From IMG/VR virus record IMGVR_UViG_3300021400_000141, positions 96,001-160,000 of that record: DNA of 64,000 nt. One strand, given 5' to 3'. Position numbers and translations under genes: made by a program. The notes beneath the pieces were generated by a model. That model saw nothing but the letters and a program-made list of their open reading frames with translations. It made no database searches and was not told where the DNA came from. The stretch is from a virus. Taxonomy: Duplodnaviria; Heunggongvirae; Uroviricota; Caudoviricetes. Shown piece after piece: positions 10,025-20,205 of the stretch (position 1 is its first letter; each line of letters starts with the position of its first letter).

Positions 10025-10057
10025 AAAGCCGTTTGAACTTAATTTCAAACGGCTTTC
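10025..10057. terminator. Bidirectional intrinsic terminator
   Basis: AAAGCCGTTTGAA-6nt-TTCAAACGGCTTT between convergent genes. Confidence 0.8.
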
Positions 10058-10080
10058 TTGATATCTAAGAGCGAATTAGA

Positions 10081-12840
10081 TTAGATATTCACTCGGTCGC
10101 CCCATTCCTTAATCTTGCCTGGGTTCCAGTTCAATTCAAGACGTTTCCTCGGGCTGCCAGTAAGGTATCCAGTAATTCTACGGACACGCAGGATGTACTT
10201 GTCGAGGGCGTTACCGCACTTCGGGCACTTTCCGTTGATGACACCGTGGAAACCGCAGAAGGTTCCATCAGGTTTCGGAGCAATGCACGTATCGGAATCC
10301 ATAGTCACCGTGAAGTAACCCATGCCGCCTTCATACATTGCGTTCATTGCCTGTTCGACACCTTCAAGGTTCTTGCTGAGGTCGCCATCCATCTTGTGAT
10401 AGAAGATGTGGCCGGCGTTTGTAATCTCGTGGAACGGAGCTTCCCACTTGATTTTGTTTGCAAGGGTAGTCTTCATTCCGAACGGGAGCATGTGAGAGTT
10501 AGTCAGGTAGCCCTTACCCCACATGTGGTAGCCGAAGTCAGTCCAATACTTGATACCGAGCTTCTGCTTGCCGACAGAGTCGATTACAGCCCACTTTCCG
10601 TTATGGAAATACTCGTAGCTGTTAATGTACTTGCCCTTGTTTTCGAGCAGTTCAGCATACGGCAATGTCACCTGGTTTTCAGTAGCGATATTCCTTACGG
10701 TTATTTCTTCCAGCCCTTCAACATCGACGCTATCCTTTGTGAACAGCTCGGGTTCGAGGGCAGGGTTCTTCATAAACTGACGCATGTCGATGTTGCAGAA
10801 CCTTCCGCAAACAGCCTCGGCAGGAGTAGCGAAGCAAGACCAGTTCATGTGGGTTTCCTTCTGTGTCTTGTCGCAGAAGTCACGGATACGCTTTACCATG
10901 CCGTAGCCAAGGTCGAACACTTCTTCGTCCTTACCCCAAGTCTTACCAGTAAGGGCGAGAACGGCTTCGTAGACACCGATGTAACCAATGGAGAGGGTTC
11001 CCTGACGGAGAACTTCGGCGATGGTGTCGTGGATGTCATGAACCTTGTCGTCGGAAGTGAGATACAGACCCTGTTGCATCGTGAACGGGAAGTTCTCGTA
11101 GGTCTTCTTGGCGATGACATCGAAACGGTCTTCGAGGGACTTACGGGCGAGAACCAGCATACGGTCGAGCTTTTCGTTGAAGAGCTTGATGCGGTCTGCC
11201 TCGGTAGTAGCCTCAAGACGGGCCTCGACAGCGAGTTTCGAGAGGTTCAAGGTATGGAATGCAAGGTTGCCACGGCCAACTGTCTGCTGCGGGCCATTGA
11301 CGTTGCCGATAACCCTTGTACGGCATCCCATCGTAGAGACAGTGCTTTCAGGAATGATGCGTTGGAGACGGCCCTTACAAATCTGCCAATACTGACCATC
11401 AACACGAACTTCCCAACGAGGATAGATGTCGTTTTCGGAAGCGACTTCACCGTACTTTGCAACACGGTCGCCACCAATCTTCTTGACGAGGGTGTCATCA
11501 GTCAGCTTGAAATCGTCCTTGTAATCGTAGCGGATATACGGGGCATTAAACTTGTTGTCAACCGCAACAGCATTCGGGTAGAAGCGGCGTGCGAGACATG
11601 CGATACCATCCTTCTTCAAGTCATAGTTCGGGTCTTCGGGGAGGTATGAAACGCCCTTCATGTACTTGAGGATAAGAATCGGGAAGATTGCGGTAAGACC
11701 ATCACCGAGGCCAGCCATCTGTGCTGCGATAAGGTTTTTGGAAACGAGACGACCGCAACGAGAGGTGTCAAGGCCGAAGTTCAGAGAACTGAACGGAACC
11801 TGGTTTCCAGAGCGGGACTGCAACGAGTTGAGGTTGTGTACGAGACCTTCCATTGCCTGATAGGTGTCGTCCTTTGTCTTGATGTAAGCCTGAACGACAG
11901 CCTTCCTGTCGTACTTCTCGGTGATTTCCTTGAAAGGTTGGTTGAGGCTAAGGCCATCCTTTGCCATCTGGCTGCGGATAGCGTGGGCTTCCTTCTTGAT
12001 AGCCTTTTCGACATCATCCTTGTCGATGTCATCGAAGGATTCGTAGCTACAACTCCTTTCAGCCAACACCTTCTCGGAAGCAATAATCCAAGCAAGGTTC
12101 TTCTTGAAGGACATGTCAACATACGGAGCCAATTCAAAGTCAAGGTTTGCTGAAGCGATACCACCGAACTGCTGGTTAGATTGGAGCTGCAAGATAACGG
12201 CGGTGATAGATGCGGCAGACTGGATTGACTTTGGTGAACGGATGAAACCCGTACCAGAGTCGAACCCACTCTTCAAAAGTTTTCCGATAGGAGCAAAGAG
12301 GCAGTTGAAAGTAAGGTCATACAGGTTCAGGTCATGGATGTGCATGTAGCCCTTGGCATGAAGCTCTGCAATAGTCCTGTCAACAACGTTAAGAAGGTTG
12401 TAAGTCTTGTTGGTTTCTGATGCGATTTTTCCGTATGCACCTGCGGGTGTTGTACCAGATTCGTTTGCGTTGTCACGCAGGATGTTGGAACTTTTAAGGT
12501 CTGCGGCCTTAATTTCCCTGATGGTACTGATAATCTGGCTTCTCGATTCACGCTTGCGGGTTCTTTCCCCACGATAAAGAATGTATGCCTTGGCAACTTC
12601 CTTGTACTTGTCCTTGGACATGAGTACATCTTCAACAATGTCCTGAATAGTTTCGACGCTTACCGTCTGCTTGTCTGTCGATGCGTCTATTCTGTCACAA
12701 ACCTTGTCAGTAAGAGTATCTAGCTCTTTGCTACCGACTTGCATTTCCTTGTCAAGGAAGGCACTCGTAATCGCGTTGGAAATTTTAGTTGGATTGAATT
12801 TGGCTCGTCTGCCATCTCTTTTAATTACGTACTTAATCAT
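10081..12840 (-). CDS. nrdD: Anaerobic (class III) ribonucleoside-triphosphate reductase
   Basis: N-terminal ATP cone (VIKRDGR), HIHDL, QVPFSSLNFG, MGCRT, ATPAE, C-terminal Zn ribbon and RRITGY glycyl-radical motif. Confidence 0.96.
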   Translation of the reverse strand: MIKYVIKRDGRRAKFNPTKISNAITSAFLDKEMQVGSKELDTLTDKVCDRIDASTDKQTVSVETIQDIVEDVLMSKDKYKEVAKAYILYRGERTRKRESRSQIISTIREIKAADLKSSNILRDNANESGTTPAGAYGKIASETNKTYNLLNVVDRTIAELHAKGYMHIHDLNLYDLTFNCLFAPIGKLLKSGFDSGTGFIRSPKSIQSAASITAVILQLQSNQQFGGIASANLDFELAPYVDMSFKKNLAWIIASEKVLAERSCSYESFDDIDKDDVEKAIKKEAHAIRSQMAKDGLSLNQPFKEITEKYDRKAVVQAYIKTKDDTYQAMEGLVHNLNSLQSRSGNQVPFSSLNFGLDTSRCGRLVSKNLIAAQMAGLGDGLTAIFPILILKYMKGVSYLPEDPNYDLKKDGIACLARRFYPNAVAVDNKFNAPYIRYDYKDDFKLTDDTLVKKIGGDRVAKYGEVASENDIYPRWEVRVDGQYWQICKGRLQRIIPESTVSTMGCRTRVIGNVNGPQQTVGRGNLAFHTLNLSKLAVEARLEATTEADRIKLFNEKLDRMLVLARKSLEDRFDVIAKKTYENFPFTMQQGLYLTSDDKVHDIHDTIAEVLRQGTLSIGYIGVYEAVLALTGKTWGKDEEVFDLGYGMVKRIRDFCDKTQKETHMNWSCFATPAEAVCGRFCNIDMRQFMKNPALEPELFTKDSVDVEGLEEITVRNIATENQVTLPYAELLENKGKYINSYEYFHNGKWAVIDSVGKQKLGIKYWTDFGYHMWGKGYLTNSHMLPFGMKTTLANKIKWEAPFHEITNAGHIFYHKMDGDLSKNLEGVEQAMNAMYEGGMGYFTVTMDSDTCIAPKPDGTFCGFHGVINGKCPKCGNALDKYILRVRRITGYLTGSPRKRLELNWNPGKIKEWGDRVNI

Positions 12841-12864
12841 ATCTATTCCTTAATGTGTGCATGT

Positions 12865-12872
12865 AGTTTATA
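12865..12872 (-). promoter_or_regulatory. Late promoter box TATAAACT
   Basis: Exact motif 24 nt upstream of the nrdD ATG. Confidence 0.55.
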
Positions 12873-12957
12873 GTAATTATAGACCTACCAGCTACATGTT
12901 TTTGGTGCATTTTCAAACTTGTCAAATTTGCCAATTTTTTGACAAATCACACAGTAA

Positions 12958-12983
12958 AAACCTAGTTAAATCTAACTAGGTTT
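12958..12983 (-). terminator. Intrinsic terminator
   Basis: AAACCTAGTTA-4nt-TAACTAGGTTT just downstream of the AAA ATPase stop. Confidence 0.7.
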
Positions 12984-12998
12984 CAAAGCGTGATACGC

Positions 12999-14591
12999 CT
13001 ACTCATCGTTCAAACACCCCTTGTCAAAGTATCCGTTCTTGGTCTTCATATTGGCATACTTGATTGACATTATGCGGTCCTTAATTCGAGAAGCGAGTTC
13101 GTCAATAAGTGCCTCACCTTCAGTATCGGACAGGTAGATGATGTCGTCGATGATACCAGCGATGTGAGCGTGCGTGAAGTTTGCCTTTATGCACTCATTC
13201 ATGCACGCGACAAATTTTTCATTGTTCATATTGAACTCGGACGGCATGGGTCGGTCTGCCCTGACATACCTCATGCTAATCACGTCGTAAACGATAGCAA
13301 CGCTGTCTGGGTTCTTGATGTAGATAATCTTGTCAATGCGGCCGGGCCTAGACTTGATTGATGAATGCACTCGTGTAGGCTCGTTGACGGTCATGATGAC
13401 AATTCCGTTGTACGCAAGGTTGTCATCCTTGCAGTCCATACATTCGATGAACGCAGTGGTCTTGTCCGACTTGGCCGTGAGGTCCAAAGCATCAACGTCG
13501 TCAAACACGCAGATGGACTTCGGGAAGTAGTGCAGGGTCTTGAACACCTCGTGGATAGCCGTGTAGGAACTAAGCGACGAACTGTCAACCCAGAACACAG
13601 GAAGGTCAGTGAACTGTTCCAACAGCTTCTGTATGGACTCGGTCTTACCAGTTCCAGGGTCGCCCATGAAGAGGTATCCACGGCGTCTTCCGTGTTTGAG
13701 ACACTTCTTCATTTCGGTAATAATCGACTCCTTGTCGAAGTTGTTGATGTTGAAAGGAACGATGCGTCTTGTCGTGGCCCTGAGGTCACCATACGGGTCG
13801 AGCTTCACGAAGTTGCTGCATACATCCAAACTATTGACATAATTCTGCAATGCAACCATGAGCATTGAACGGTAGATGTCAAAGCATCCGTCACCGTTGT
13901 TTTCAAGCTTGTCGATATACGGGCTGTTGTCACCGTTCATGTTCATCGCCACAAGGAAAGTGCCCTTGGACGGAAGGTTCAGCGTCTTTCCAGACGTATC
14001 GGTGGTGTTGAAGTAGGAGCAGTGGACAAAGATTTCCATGCCTACGCCACATTCCACATCTCCCGTGTATTCGAGAAGGTAGTTTACGGACACGTCATGA
14101 CCGCCGCTCTTGGACTTTGGCTCGTACTCCATCTTCTTGATTTTGAACGCACCGCTTTCGGATATCTTCTTGATATTCTCTGCGAAAGTCCTGATAATAT
14201 CGGAGTTGATGCTGGCATCGTTGATGAACAGTTCGTCAACACTCGGGGCATGCACCCACTTTAGGATATAGTCGTACTGGTTGCTTGCGATACGGGTTTC
14301 CTTCGTCAGGACTTCTTCCACACTCGACAGGAACTTGTTCGATGACATCGTTATTTGTCCGAGGTCAACCAGTTTCCTGTATATGGTTCCCCTAGAGGAC
14401 GCCGCATGCAGGACGGACAACAGGTCGGTCAGGTTGTCGTTAATCATCCCCTTGATGTTCCCGACATTGTCGTGGAATACGTGCCTGACCCATTTTAGCT
14501 TGTCACGCCACCCGAACTTCTTCCATTCGTCCAGCGTCTTGAAATCTACTTTAATTATCGGTGTTGGTCTTTCGTTATTATTAGTCGCCAT
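12999..14591 (-). CDS. AAA+ ATPase
   Basis: Walker A GDPGTGKT, Walker B CVFDDVD and SRPGRID arginine-finger region. Confidence 0.88.
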   Translation of the reverse strand: MATNNNERPTPIIKVDFKTLDEWKKFGWRDKLKWVRHVFHDNVGNIKGMINDNLTDLLSVLHAASSRGTIYRKLVDLGQITMSSNKFLSSVEEVLTKETRIASNQYDYILKWVHAPSVDELFINDASINSDIIRTFAENIKKISESGAFKIKKMEYEPKSKSGGHDVSVNYLLEYTGDVECGVGMEIFVHCSYFNTTDTSGKTLNLPSKGTFLVAMNMNGDNSPYIDKLENNGDGCFDIYRSMLMVALQNYVNSLDVCSNFVKLDPYGDLRATTRRIVPFNINNFDKESIITEMKKCLKHGRRRGYLFMGDPGTGKTESIQKLLEQFTDLPVFWVDSSSLSSYTAIHEVFKTLHYFPKSICVFDDVDALDLTAKSDKTTAFIECMDCKDDNLAYNGIVIMTVNEPTRVHSSIKSRPGRIDKIIYIKNPDSVAIVYDVISMRYVRADRPMPSEFNMNNEKFVACMNECIKANFTHAHIAGIIDDIIYLSDTEGEALIDELASRIKDRIMSIKYANMKTKNGYFDKGCLNDE

Positions 14592-14883
14592 ACTCGTCAC
14601 CCAGTTCTCCGTCCATTTCAGGGTCGTCTAACGACCCGTATTCGCCATATTCACCATTTTCCTCATCGTCGTCAACCCGACGCTGGATTTCCTTGACATA
14701 CCCGTTCTTGAATACCCTGTAGGACATGTAGGCCGTCCTGCCAATTATATAGGCAATCAGCCCTCCCATGAGAACTCGGTAGATTTTCGTAAGCTTTTCT
14801 TCATCGTCAAAAAAGTCCTTCAATATGCCTATCAACCCAATTAACTTGACTAGGCGATGCAAATTCGTACTGAATTTTCTCAT
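14581..14883 (-). CDS. Small membrane protein
   Basis: Hydrophobic segment VLMGGLIAYIIG and acidic tail; overlaps the AAA gene start. Confidence 0.7.
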   Translation of the reverse strand: MRKFSTNLHRLVKLIGLIGILKDFFDDEEKLTKIYRVLMGGLIAYIIGRTAYMSYRVFKNGYVKEIQRRVDDDEENGEYGEYGSLDDPEMDGELGDEYGD

Positions 14884-14906
14884 AATGAACCCATAGTTTT
14901 ACCCTT

Positions 14907-14920
14907 AAGATACATTTTTT
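14907..14920 (-). promoter_or_regulatory. AAAAAATGTATCTT motif (second promoter class)
   Basis: 23 nt upstream of 14883; a TTGCCG lies 18 nt before TATCTT. Confidence 0.5.
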
Positions 14921-14974
14921 AGCCCCAACTCGGCAAGGGTCAATTCCCAGAATTTTTCAAAATTATGGCCACTC

Positions 14975-14982
14975 AATAAACT
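14975..14982 (+). promoter_or_regulatory. Late promoter box variant AATAAACT
   Basis: 32 nt upstream of the tail sheath start. Confidence 0.55.
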
Positions 14983-15014
14983 TTATGATGAGTAATGACC
15001 AATATGAGGGTATT

Positions 15015-18000
15015 ATGGCTAGAAAAGGTAGTCCAGGTGTTGCCATCAAGATTGAAGACCGTTCAGGTTATTCTTTCATTGAGAACCCCGCTCTAATCGG
15101 CGGTGTCGTTGGCTACTCCCCTAAGGGCGAATTCAACAAAATCCTGAAAATTACCAATACGGCAAATCAGGATTCTATCCTTGGCCTCGGGTTCAACCAG
15201 GCCAAGTGGAACATGGGTATGTATGCTACCCGTGCCGTACTCAATAACGGCGGTCACGTCCACTTTGTGCGTCCTTACGGCGAACAGGTGGAAAAGACGG
15301 ACGTTCGTAAGTCTGACTTGAAGTCCGATGCATTTGTCGTGTCTTTCGACCGCAATGCGTCCAAGGTTGACTACTACGACAAGTCCCGTACTGCCGAAGA
15401 GAACGAAACCGACGTGGTGCATACTTCTTTCGACATCCGCCACTTTGCGGCTACCCGCTACATTGCGGACGGCTTTGCAGGCTTCGGCGGTAAGCGTAAG
15501 ATTAACACCATTCAGGAAACTATCGCGGAAAACTCCAACGTGGACTTCCAGTTGACCGCTGGAGAAGAGTTCAACGACGAAGGTAAGCCGTCTGACGTGC
15601 GTTCCGACACCAACGTGGTGCTGTTCGCTATCGTCAACAGCGACCCGACCGCCGCAAAGCGTGCTGCCGACCGTTACACGGCAACGGTACGCAAGAACAG
15701 CGACTCTGGCAACAAGAGGCTGGTGACGCTCGTTTGCGACTCTGTCCCCGCATTCAACGTAGGCGACGTTATCTACTTCCCTGCTTCCAACTTCGTTGAG
15801 AGCGAGAAGGGTGTGTACGCTACTGTCAACAAGATTTTGGACACTCAGGTTGTCGCCGAGTACGAAACCGAGATGGACAACGTCCCGACGATGGTGACCA
15901 AGAACGCAACGTTCTTCTGCAACAACGACGATGCCACGACTGGCGTTGACTACCTCGAAGTCAAGACCGCAGTTGCAAACCGTGCTGTCAAGAAGTACGG
16001 CGAGATTAACTACGTCAAGACGAACGGAAAGGTGGACTTCTCCAAGGTCAGAATGGGCGACGCCATCCTGTTGAGAGAACCTGATAGCAATGCGAAGATT
16101 ACACGTATTCTCGGTCTCACAACGGATGAAGAAGTCACTCCTGAAAATTTCGATGCTGCTAGGAAGAATTTCACGTTCAGTCCGAAAAAGGCTGTTCTCG
16201 AAGCTGGCGACAGTGTTACGTTCTACTACGACGTGAAGACTGTTGTTGACGAAGAAGAGGTGACAACCACAAAGAGCATCAAGGGTACAGTTGAGTCCGT
16301 TACAGTTGACAACGTAGTAACGGTAGTGCTTGATAATGCTCTTGAAAGTGCAGCAACGTTGCCGTTCAAGTATTATGAACTGACTTCCGTAGGAAAGGAA
16401 AGTTGCGATGCATCTGCAAAGATTGTAACGCTTAACGTAAATTCCAACCGCCCGAATGTGTTGAACCCAGTTGACACAACCGACCTTAAATTGGACGAGA
16501 CAAATCAAGCCAAGCTTGTTGCCGAGTTCGAAGATAAGGAAGGTGCCACTCCGACGGCAAAGGATAAGGCCAAAGCGCTCATGGATTCAATCAATGGTGA
16601 AGACTCCGTTGTAGCAACATTCAGCTCTGACGGAACATTTACCGTTGAGTCGTATGACCCAGGTGATGAGGACGAAGGTACGCCTGCAACTGCAACAGGT
16701 ACATTGACGTTCGATAAAAAGCTGAGCGACAATGCAATCATCAAATGTGATAAGGGTGAACTGACGAAGGGTTCTGATGGAAGGTGGACATTGACTTACA
16801 CCGATAAGCCAGAAACTGACCCTGTCGAAGGTGACACTGAAAGTGTAACTGGTACAGACACGGAAGAATACCTTGCTGTCAACGTCTCTGGCCCGACCAA
16901 GGTCACTAAGGATGTTCCGACAGAGAAGACTGCCGAAGCCGTAAAATTTACGGTTGAAAGTTATAACTCTGAAACCTTCACTGCAAAAGGAACTGTCAAT
17001 GTTCCTGATGATTTCCCAAAAGCTTCCTATACAGTTGTTGTTGATGAGGTTAGCCTGACGTTGGCTCCATCCACCACAGAAGAAGGCAAGTGGACCTTGG
17101 CCTATCCTGAGGAACCGTCAACGGAACCGACACCTGAAGAAGAAATCGCTTGTGGGGATATCGATTACACGGCTAATGTCCCGACGGACTACTACGTGGT
17201 TTCTCTCGTGTTCCCTGAAAAGCTTCCTTACATGCCATCTGAGCTCAACACTCGTGGTATGGTTGATGTCGGTACTGTATCGGCAGGCGACATTATCAAG
17301 CTTGACACAGCGGGCGAAAAGGAATACTACGTTACCAATGTGACTGGTTCTGGTGCAGTAACCATCACTGAAAAGAATGGTGATGAAGTAGATGGAAACA
17401 CTTCTCTTGGCAGCAAGGTTATCAACCTCACTGCTACGACAAAGAACATCCTCGCTGCGTTCAACCGTGAAGGTTTCGCAATCAACACCTATCTTGGAAA
17501 CAATGTAACTCAGATTACCGACCCGTCCGACAAGACGAAGTACAACACGACGACCACAATCGGCGTGCAAGTGCCTTTCGGAACTGCCACTCAGTACGGA
17601 GTTGGTGACCTTGTTGCATTCGTCCCACAGAAGACGAACAAGAAGGATGACAGCGAAATCATCTTCGGTAAGAACGATATCTACGTTGTCAAGAACATCA
17701 ACACGTTCAAGGACATCGTGATACTCAGCCACACTGGTGACATCGTGTTCGATAAGGAAACTGGAAAGGCTGACAAGTTCGGTGACTACAGCACATGGAA
17801 GCTGGTTGACCTTACCGCATCCAACGCCAACATCTGGACGGCTGGAAAGGACGGTCTGACGTTCTACATGCTCGGTGCTTACGACCTGACTGTTCCATCG
17901 AATGTTCAGGAAGAAGACTTCCTCGTTGTTGGTGAAAAGGAAGGTGAATATGACCTGCTCAAATTCGCCTACACGACATACAACGGTGGTGTAGTCCAGC

Positions 18001-19403
18001 GTACCGACAAGCTCCTTGTGAGCGACGACGTTGGTGCTTCGTTCAACGCAATGGGTCTTGCCTCTGTGAAGTACGAAGATGTGAACTTCAATGGCGTTGC
18101 AAAGCAGGTGTACGTGCTTTCTTCGGAAGGCGAGGCCATCGCAAGGATGTACCTCTACATCACCTACCACTTCAACGGCAAGTCTTACGATATGGAAGGA
18201 ACCATTGTTCCTTACGTCCACGACGATGGAAACCTCTTCATTGGTGACATGGCCGACTCTGTTCTCACGGACAGCGGTGCAAGGCTTCTCATCAACGACA
18301 GCGGCATCCTCGACAACTTCTTGACGAACAACGCTTACGACATGTCTCAGAGCGTTGAAAACGGACACCTCGACTCTGTTTCCACGATGCTCTCGTACGA
18401 TGAACGCGACCCCGCAATCATCAACGACGCTATCTGGGAATACACGCCGGCCAACAACAGCGACACGGCAACTCTGGCCAACGCTTGGAACCTCTTCCTC
18501 GACAAGGACGGTACTGACGTGTCTATGCTCATCGGTGCTGGTACGGGTATCAACAACCTGTTCAAGAAGAACCGTGAAACTCTCGACGGAACGGTTATTT
18601 CCGCTATCCTTAACGTCTGCGAACTCCGTAAGGACTGCTTTGCCATCCTTGACGGCGTAGGCGAAGCCAACATCGAAACGACCCTCAGGAAGATGATTGG
18701 CTCTCAGGGATTTGGTGTTAAGGGCCGCTGGGGTGCCATCTACGATGGTCGCGGTATCTTCTTCGACAGCTACTACACTCTCATGAACGTAGAAGTCGTG
18801 AAGTCCGTACAGTTGGCATCCATCATCACGGCTAACGCTGCCAACGGAATTTGGTGGTTGCCGCCTGCTGGTGAAATCAACGCTGTAATTCCGACGGAAT
18901 GGGGCGTAACCGAAAAGTATCCGAGAACCTTCAAGTATCCTGAAGACACGGATTCCAACATTGCACGTCTTACTGAAATCAGGGTCAACCCGACTCGTTT
19001 CAACAGCCGTGGAATGTTCATCTGGGGTGACTTCACGATGCAGAAGGAAAGTTCTGCGTTCGACCAGATTCATGTGGCTATGCTCTTGGCTGGTATTCAC
19101 AAGATGTTCTATCACTACCTCGATAGAAAGGTCTTCCAGTTGAATACGACCAACCTGCGTACCAACATTCAGTCGGACTTGCAGGCTCAACTTGATGCAA
19201 TCATGAACGCTAACCCGGCTGGTTTGTACTCAGGTACGGCAATCTGCGATGACACGAACAACACGCCTGACGTAATCGACAGGAACGAGCTGCACGTTGA
19301 CCTTCGCTTGAAGCCGACCAAGACCTCTCGCTGGATTACATTGAGGACTATTGTTGAATCCAATGGTTCTAGCAACACTCAGACCACTTCACTTTATGTG
19401 TAA
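15015..19403 (+). CDS. Tail sheath protein (T4 gp18-like), greatly enlarged
   Basis: N-terminal SPGVAIKIEDRS; C-terminal ELRKDCFAILD, WWLPPAG, IWGDFT, VFQLN and CDDTNNTPDVIDRNEL are sheath motifs; 1462 aa from MARKGSPG. Confidence 0.93.
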   Translation: MARKGSPGVAIKIEDRSGYSFIENPALIGGVVGYSPKGEFNKILKITNTANQDSILGLGFNQAKWNMGMYATRAVLNNGGHVHFVRPYGEQVEKTDVRKSDLKSDAFVVSFDRNASKVDYYDKSRTAEENETDVVHTSFDIRHFAATRYIADGFAGFGGKRKINTIQETIAENSNVDFQLTAGEEFNDEGKPSDVRSDTNVVLFAIVNSDPTAAKRAADRYTATVRKNSDSGNKRLVTLVCDSVPAFNVGDVIYFPASNFVESEKGVYATVNKILDTQVVAEYETEMDNVPTMVTKNATFFCNNDDATTGVDYLEVKTAVANRAVKKYGEINYVKTNGKVDFSKVRMGDAILLREPDSNAKITRILGLTTDEEVTPENFDAARKNFTFSPKKAVLEAGDSVTFYYDVKTVVDEEEVTTTKSIKGTVESVTVDNVVTVVLDNALESAATLPFKYYELTSVGKESCDASAKIVTLNVNSNRPNVLNPVDTTDLKLDETNQAKLVAEFEDKEGATPTAKDKAKALMDSINGEDSVVATFSSDGTFTVESYDPGDEDEGTPATATGTLTFDKKLSDNAIIKCDKGELTKGSDGRWTLTYTDKPETDPVEGDTESVTGTDTEEYLAVNVSGPTKVTKDVPTEKTAEAVKFTVESYNSETFTAKGTVNVPDDFPKASYTVVVDEVSLTLAPSTTEEGKWTLAYPEEPSTEPTPEEEIACGDIDYTANVPTDYYVVSLVFPEKLPYMPSELNTRGMVDVGTVSAGDIIKLDTAGEKEYYVTNVTGSGAVTITEKNGDEVDGNTSLGSKVINLTATTKNILAAFNREGFAINTYLGNNVTQITDPSDKTKYNTTTTIGVQVPFGTATQYGVGDLVAFVPQKTNKKDDSEIIFGKNDIYVVKNINTFKDIVILSHTGDIVFDKETGKADKFGDYSTWKLVDLTASNANIWTAGKDGLTFYMLGAYDLTVPSNVQEEDFLVVGEKEGEYDLLKFAYTTYNGGVVQRTDKLLVSDDVGASFNAMGLASVKYEDVNFNGVAKQVYVLSSEGEAIARMYLYITYHFNGKSYDMEGTIVPYVHDDGNLFIGDMADSVLTDSGARLLINDSGILDNFLTNNAYDMSQSVENGHLDSVSTMLSYDERDPAIINDAIWEYTPANNSDTATLANAWNLFLDKDGTDVSMLIGAGTGINNLFKKNRETLDGTVISAILNVCELRKDCFAILDGVGEANIETTLRKMIGSQGFGVKGRWGAIYDGRGIFFDSYYTLMNVEVVKSVQLASIITANAANGIWWLPPAGEINAVIPTEWGVTEKYPRTFKYPEDTDSNIARLTEIRVNPTRFNSRGMFIWGDFTMQKESSAFDQIHVAMLLAGIHKMFYHYLDRKVFQLNTTNLRTNIQSDLQAQLDAIMNANPAGLYSGTAICDDTNNTPDVIDRNELHVDLRLKPTKTSRWITLRTIVESNGSSNTQTTSLYV

Positions 19404-19416
19404 TGGGAGGTAAAAT

Positions 19417-20142
19417 ATGGGTATCAATACAACCATTAGCGAAGAAATGAAAAGAAAGGTGTTCTTTGGCGCTGCCATTGACACCTTGGCTGACCCGTAT
19501 AGAACCAGCCGTTGGAGGATGCTGATTTCCGCAGACATCTTCCACGCTTTCGGTATGGGTCTTCAAAACCACGACCAGTTCGACATTCAGGATGGCGAAG
19601 CTTCCTTCGCCCTGTACGTTCAAACGCCTCCTACCATCCCGTCTGTAAAGATTGAGGATAAGGCGTTTCAGTACATGGGCTTCAATAAGTGGTATCCTAC
19701 TGGACAGACACAACTCGATGGTGAATTCAACATCGGCGGTGTCTGTACGGAAGACATGGCCCCGTACGAAGCAATGATGGAATGGCGTAACCTCATCTAC
19801 AACACTGGTGAGCTTACCATGTCGAACCGTTCTGATGCCAACTGGCAGACGAACCGTATCGCACAGGATTCCGCCAACCACATTCACCTCGGTCTCGGCC
19901 AACAGGCCAACTGGCCCAACCCGACGGTTCAGTTGCTCCGTAACCAGACCGTGACGCTCGAATACTACGACTGGATGTATGGTGACTGCATCTTCTCCAT
20001 CACGTATATCAACGCATGGCCGAAGCAAGTCAAACTCCCCAAGCAGGGAACCTACGGTGTGGCCGACCTCGGTACATGGGAAGCCACGTTCAGGTACGAC
20101 AGGTTCACAATCTGGATTCCGCCTGGATACAAGTACGTCTAA
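19417..20142 (+). CDS. Tail tube protein (T4 gp19-like)
   Basis: Directly after the sheath; DPYRTSRW, YEAMMEWRNLI, INAWPKQV and TWEATFRYD tube motifs. Confidence 0.85.
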   Translation: MGINTTISEEMKRKVFFGAAIDTLADPYRTSRWRMLISADIFHAFGMGLQNHDQFDIQDGEASFALYVQTPPTIPSVKIEDKAFQYMGFNKWYPTGQTQLDGEFNIGGVCTEDMAPYEAMMEWRNLIYNTGELTMSNRSDANWQTNRIAQDSANHIHLGLGQQANWPNPTVQLLRNQTVTLEYYDWMYGDCIFSITYINAWPKQVKLPKQGTYGVADLGTWEATFRYDRFTIWIPPGYKYV

Positions 20143-20158
20143 TCGACGTGAAAACATT

Positions 20159-20190
20159 AAAGGGCAAGCATCTCGCTTGCCCTTTTCTTT
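20159..20190. terminator. Intrinsic terminator
   Basis: AAAGGGCAAGC-5nt-GCTTGCCCTTT plus T tract, between convergent genes. Confidence 0.85.
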
Positions 20191-20205
20191 TATATGGAGT
20201 TTTGA

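Noticed and set aside
12853-12905. Possible tandem NrdR boxes upstream of nrdD
   Set aside because: Only half-sites match and the centre spacing (35 bp) differs from the usual ~31 bp.
10246-19190. Long antisense ORFs (10246..11649 +, 15093..16508 -, 17118..19190 -) and similar ones elsewhere
   Set aside because: They are shadows of strongly codon-biased real genes (nrdD, sheath), with no motifs or RBS.
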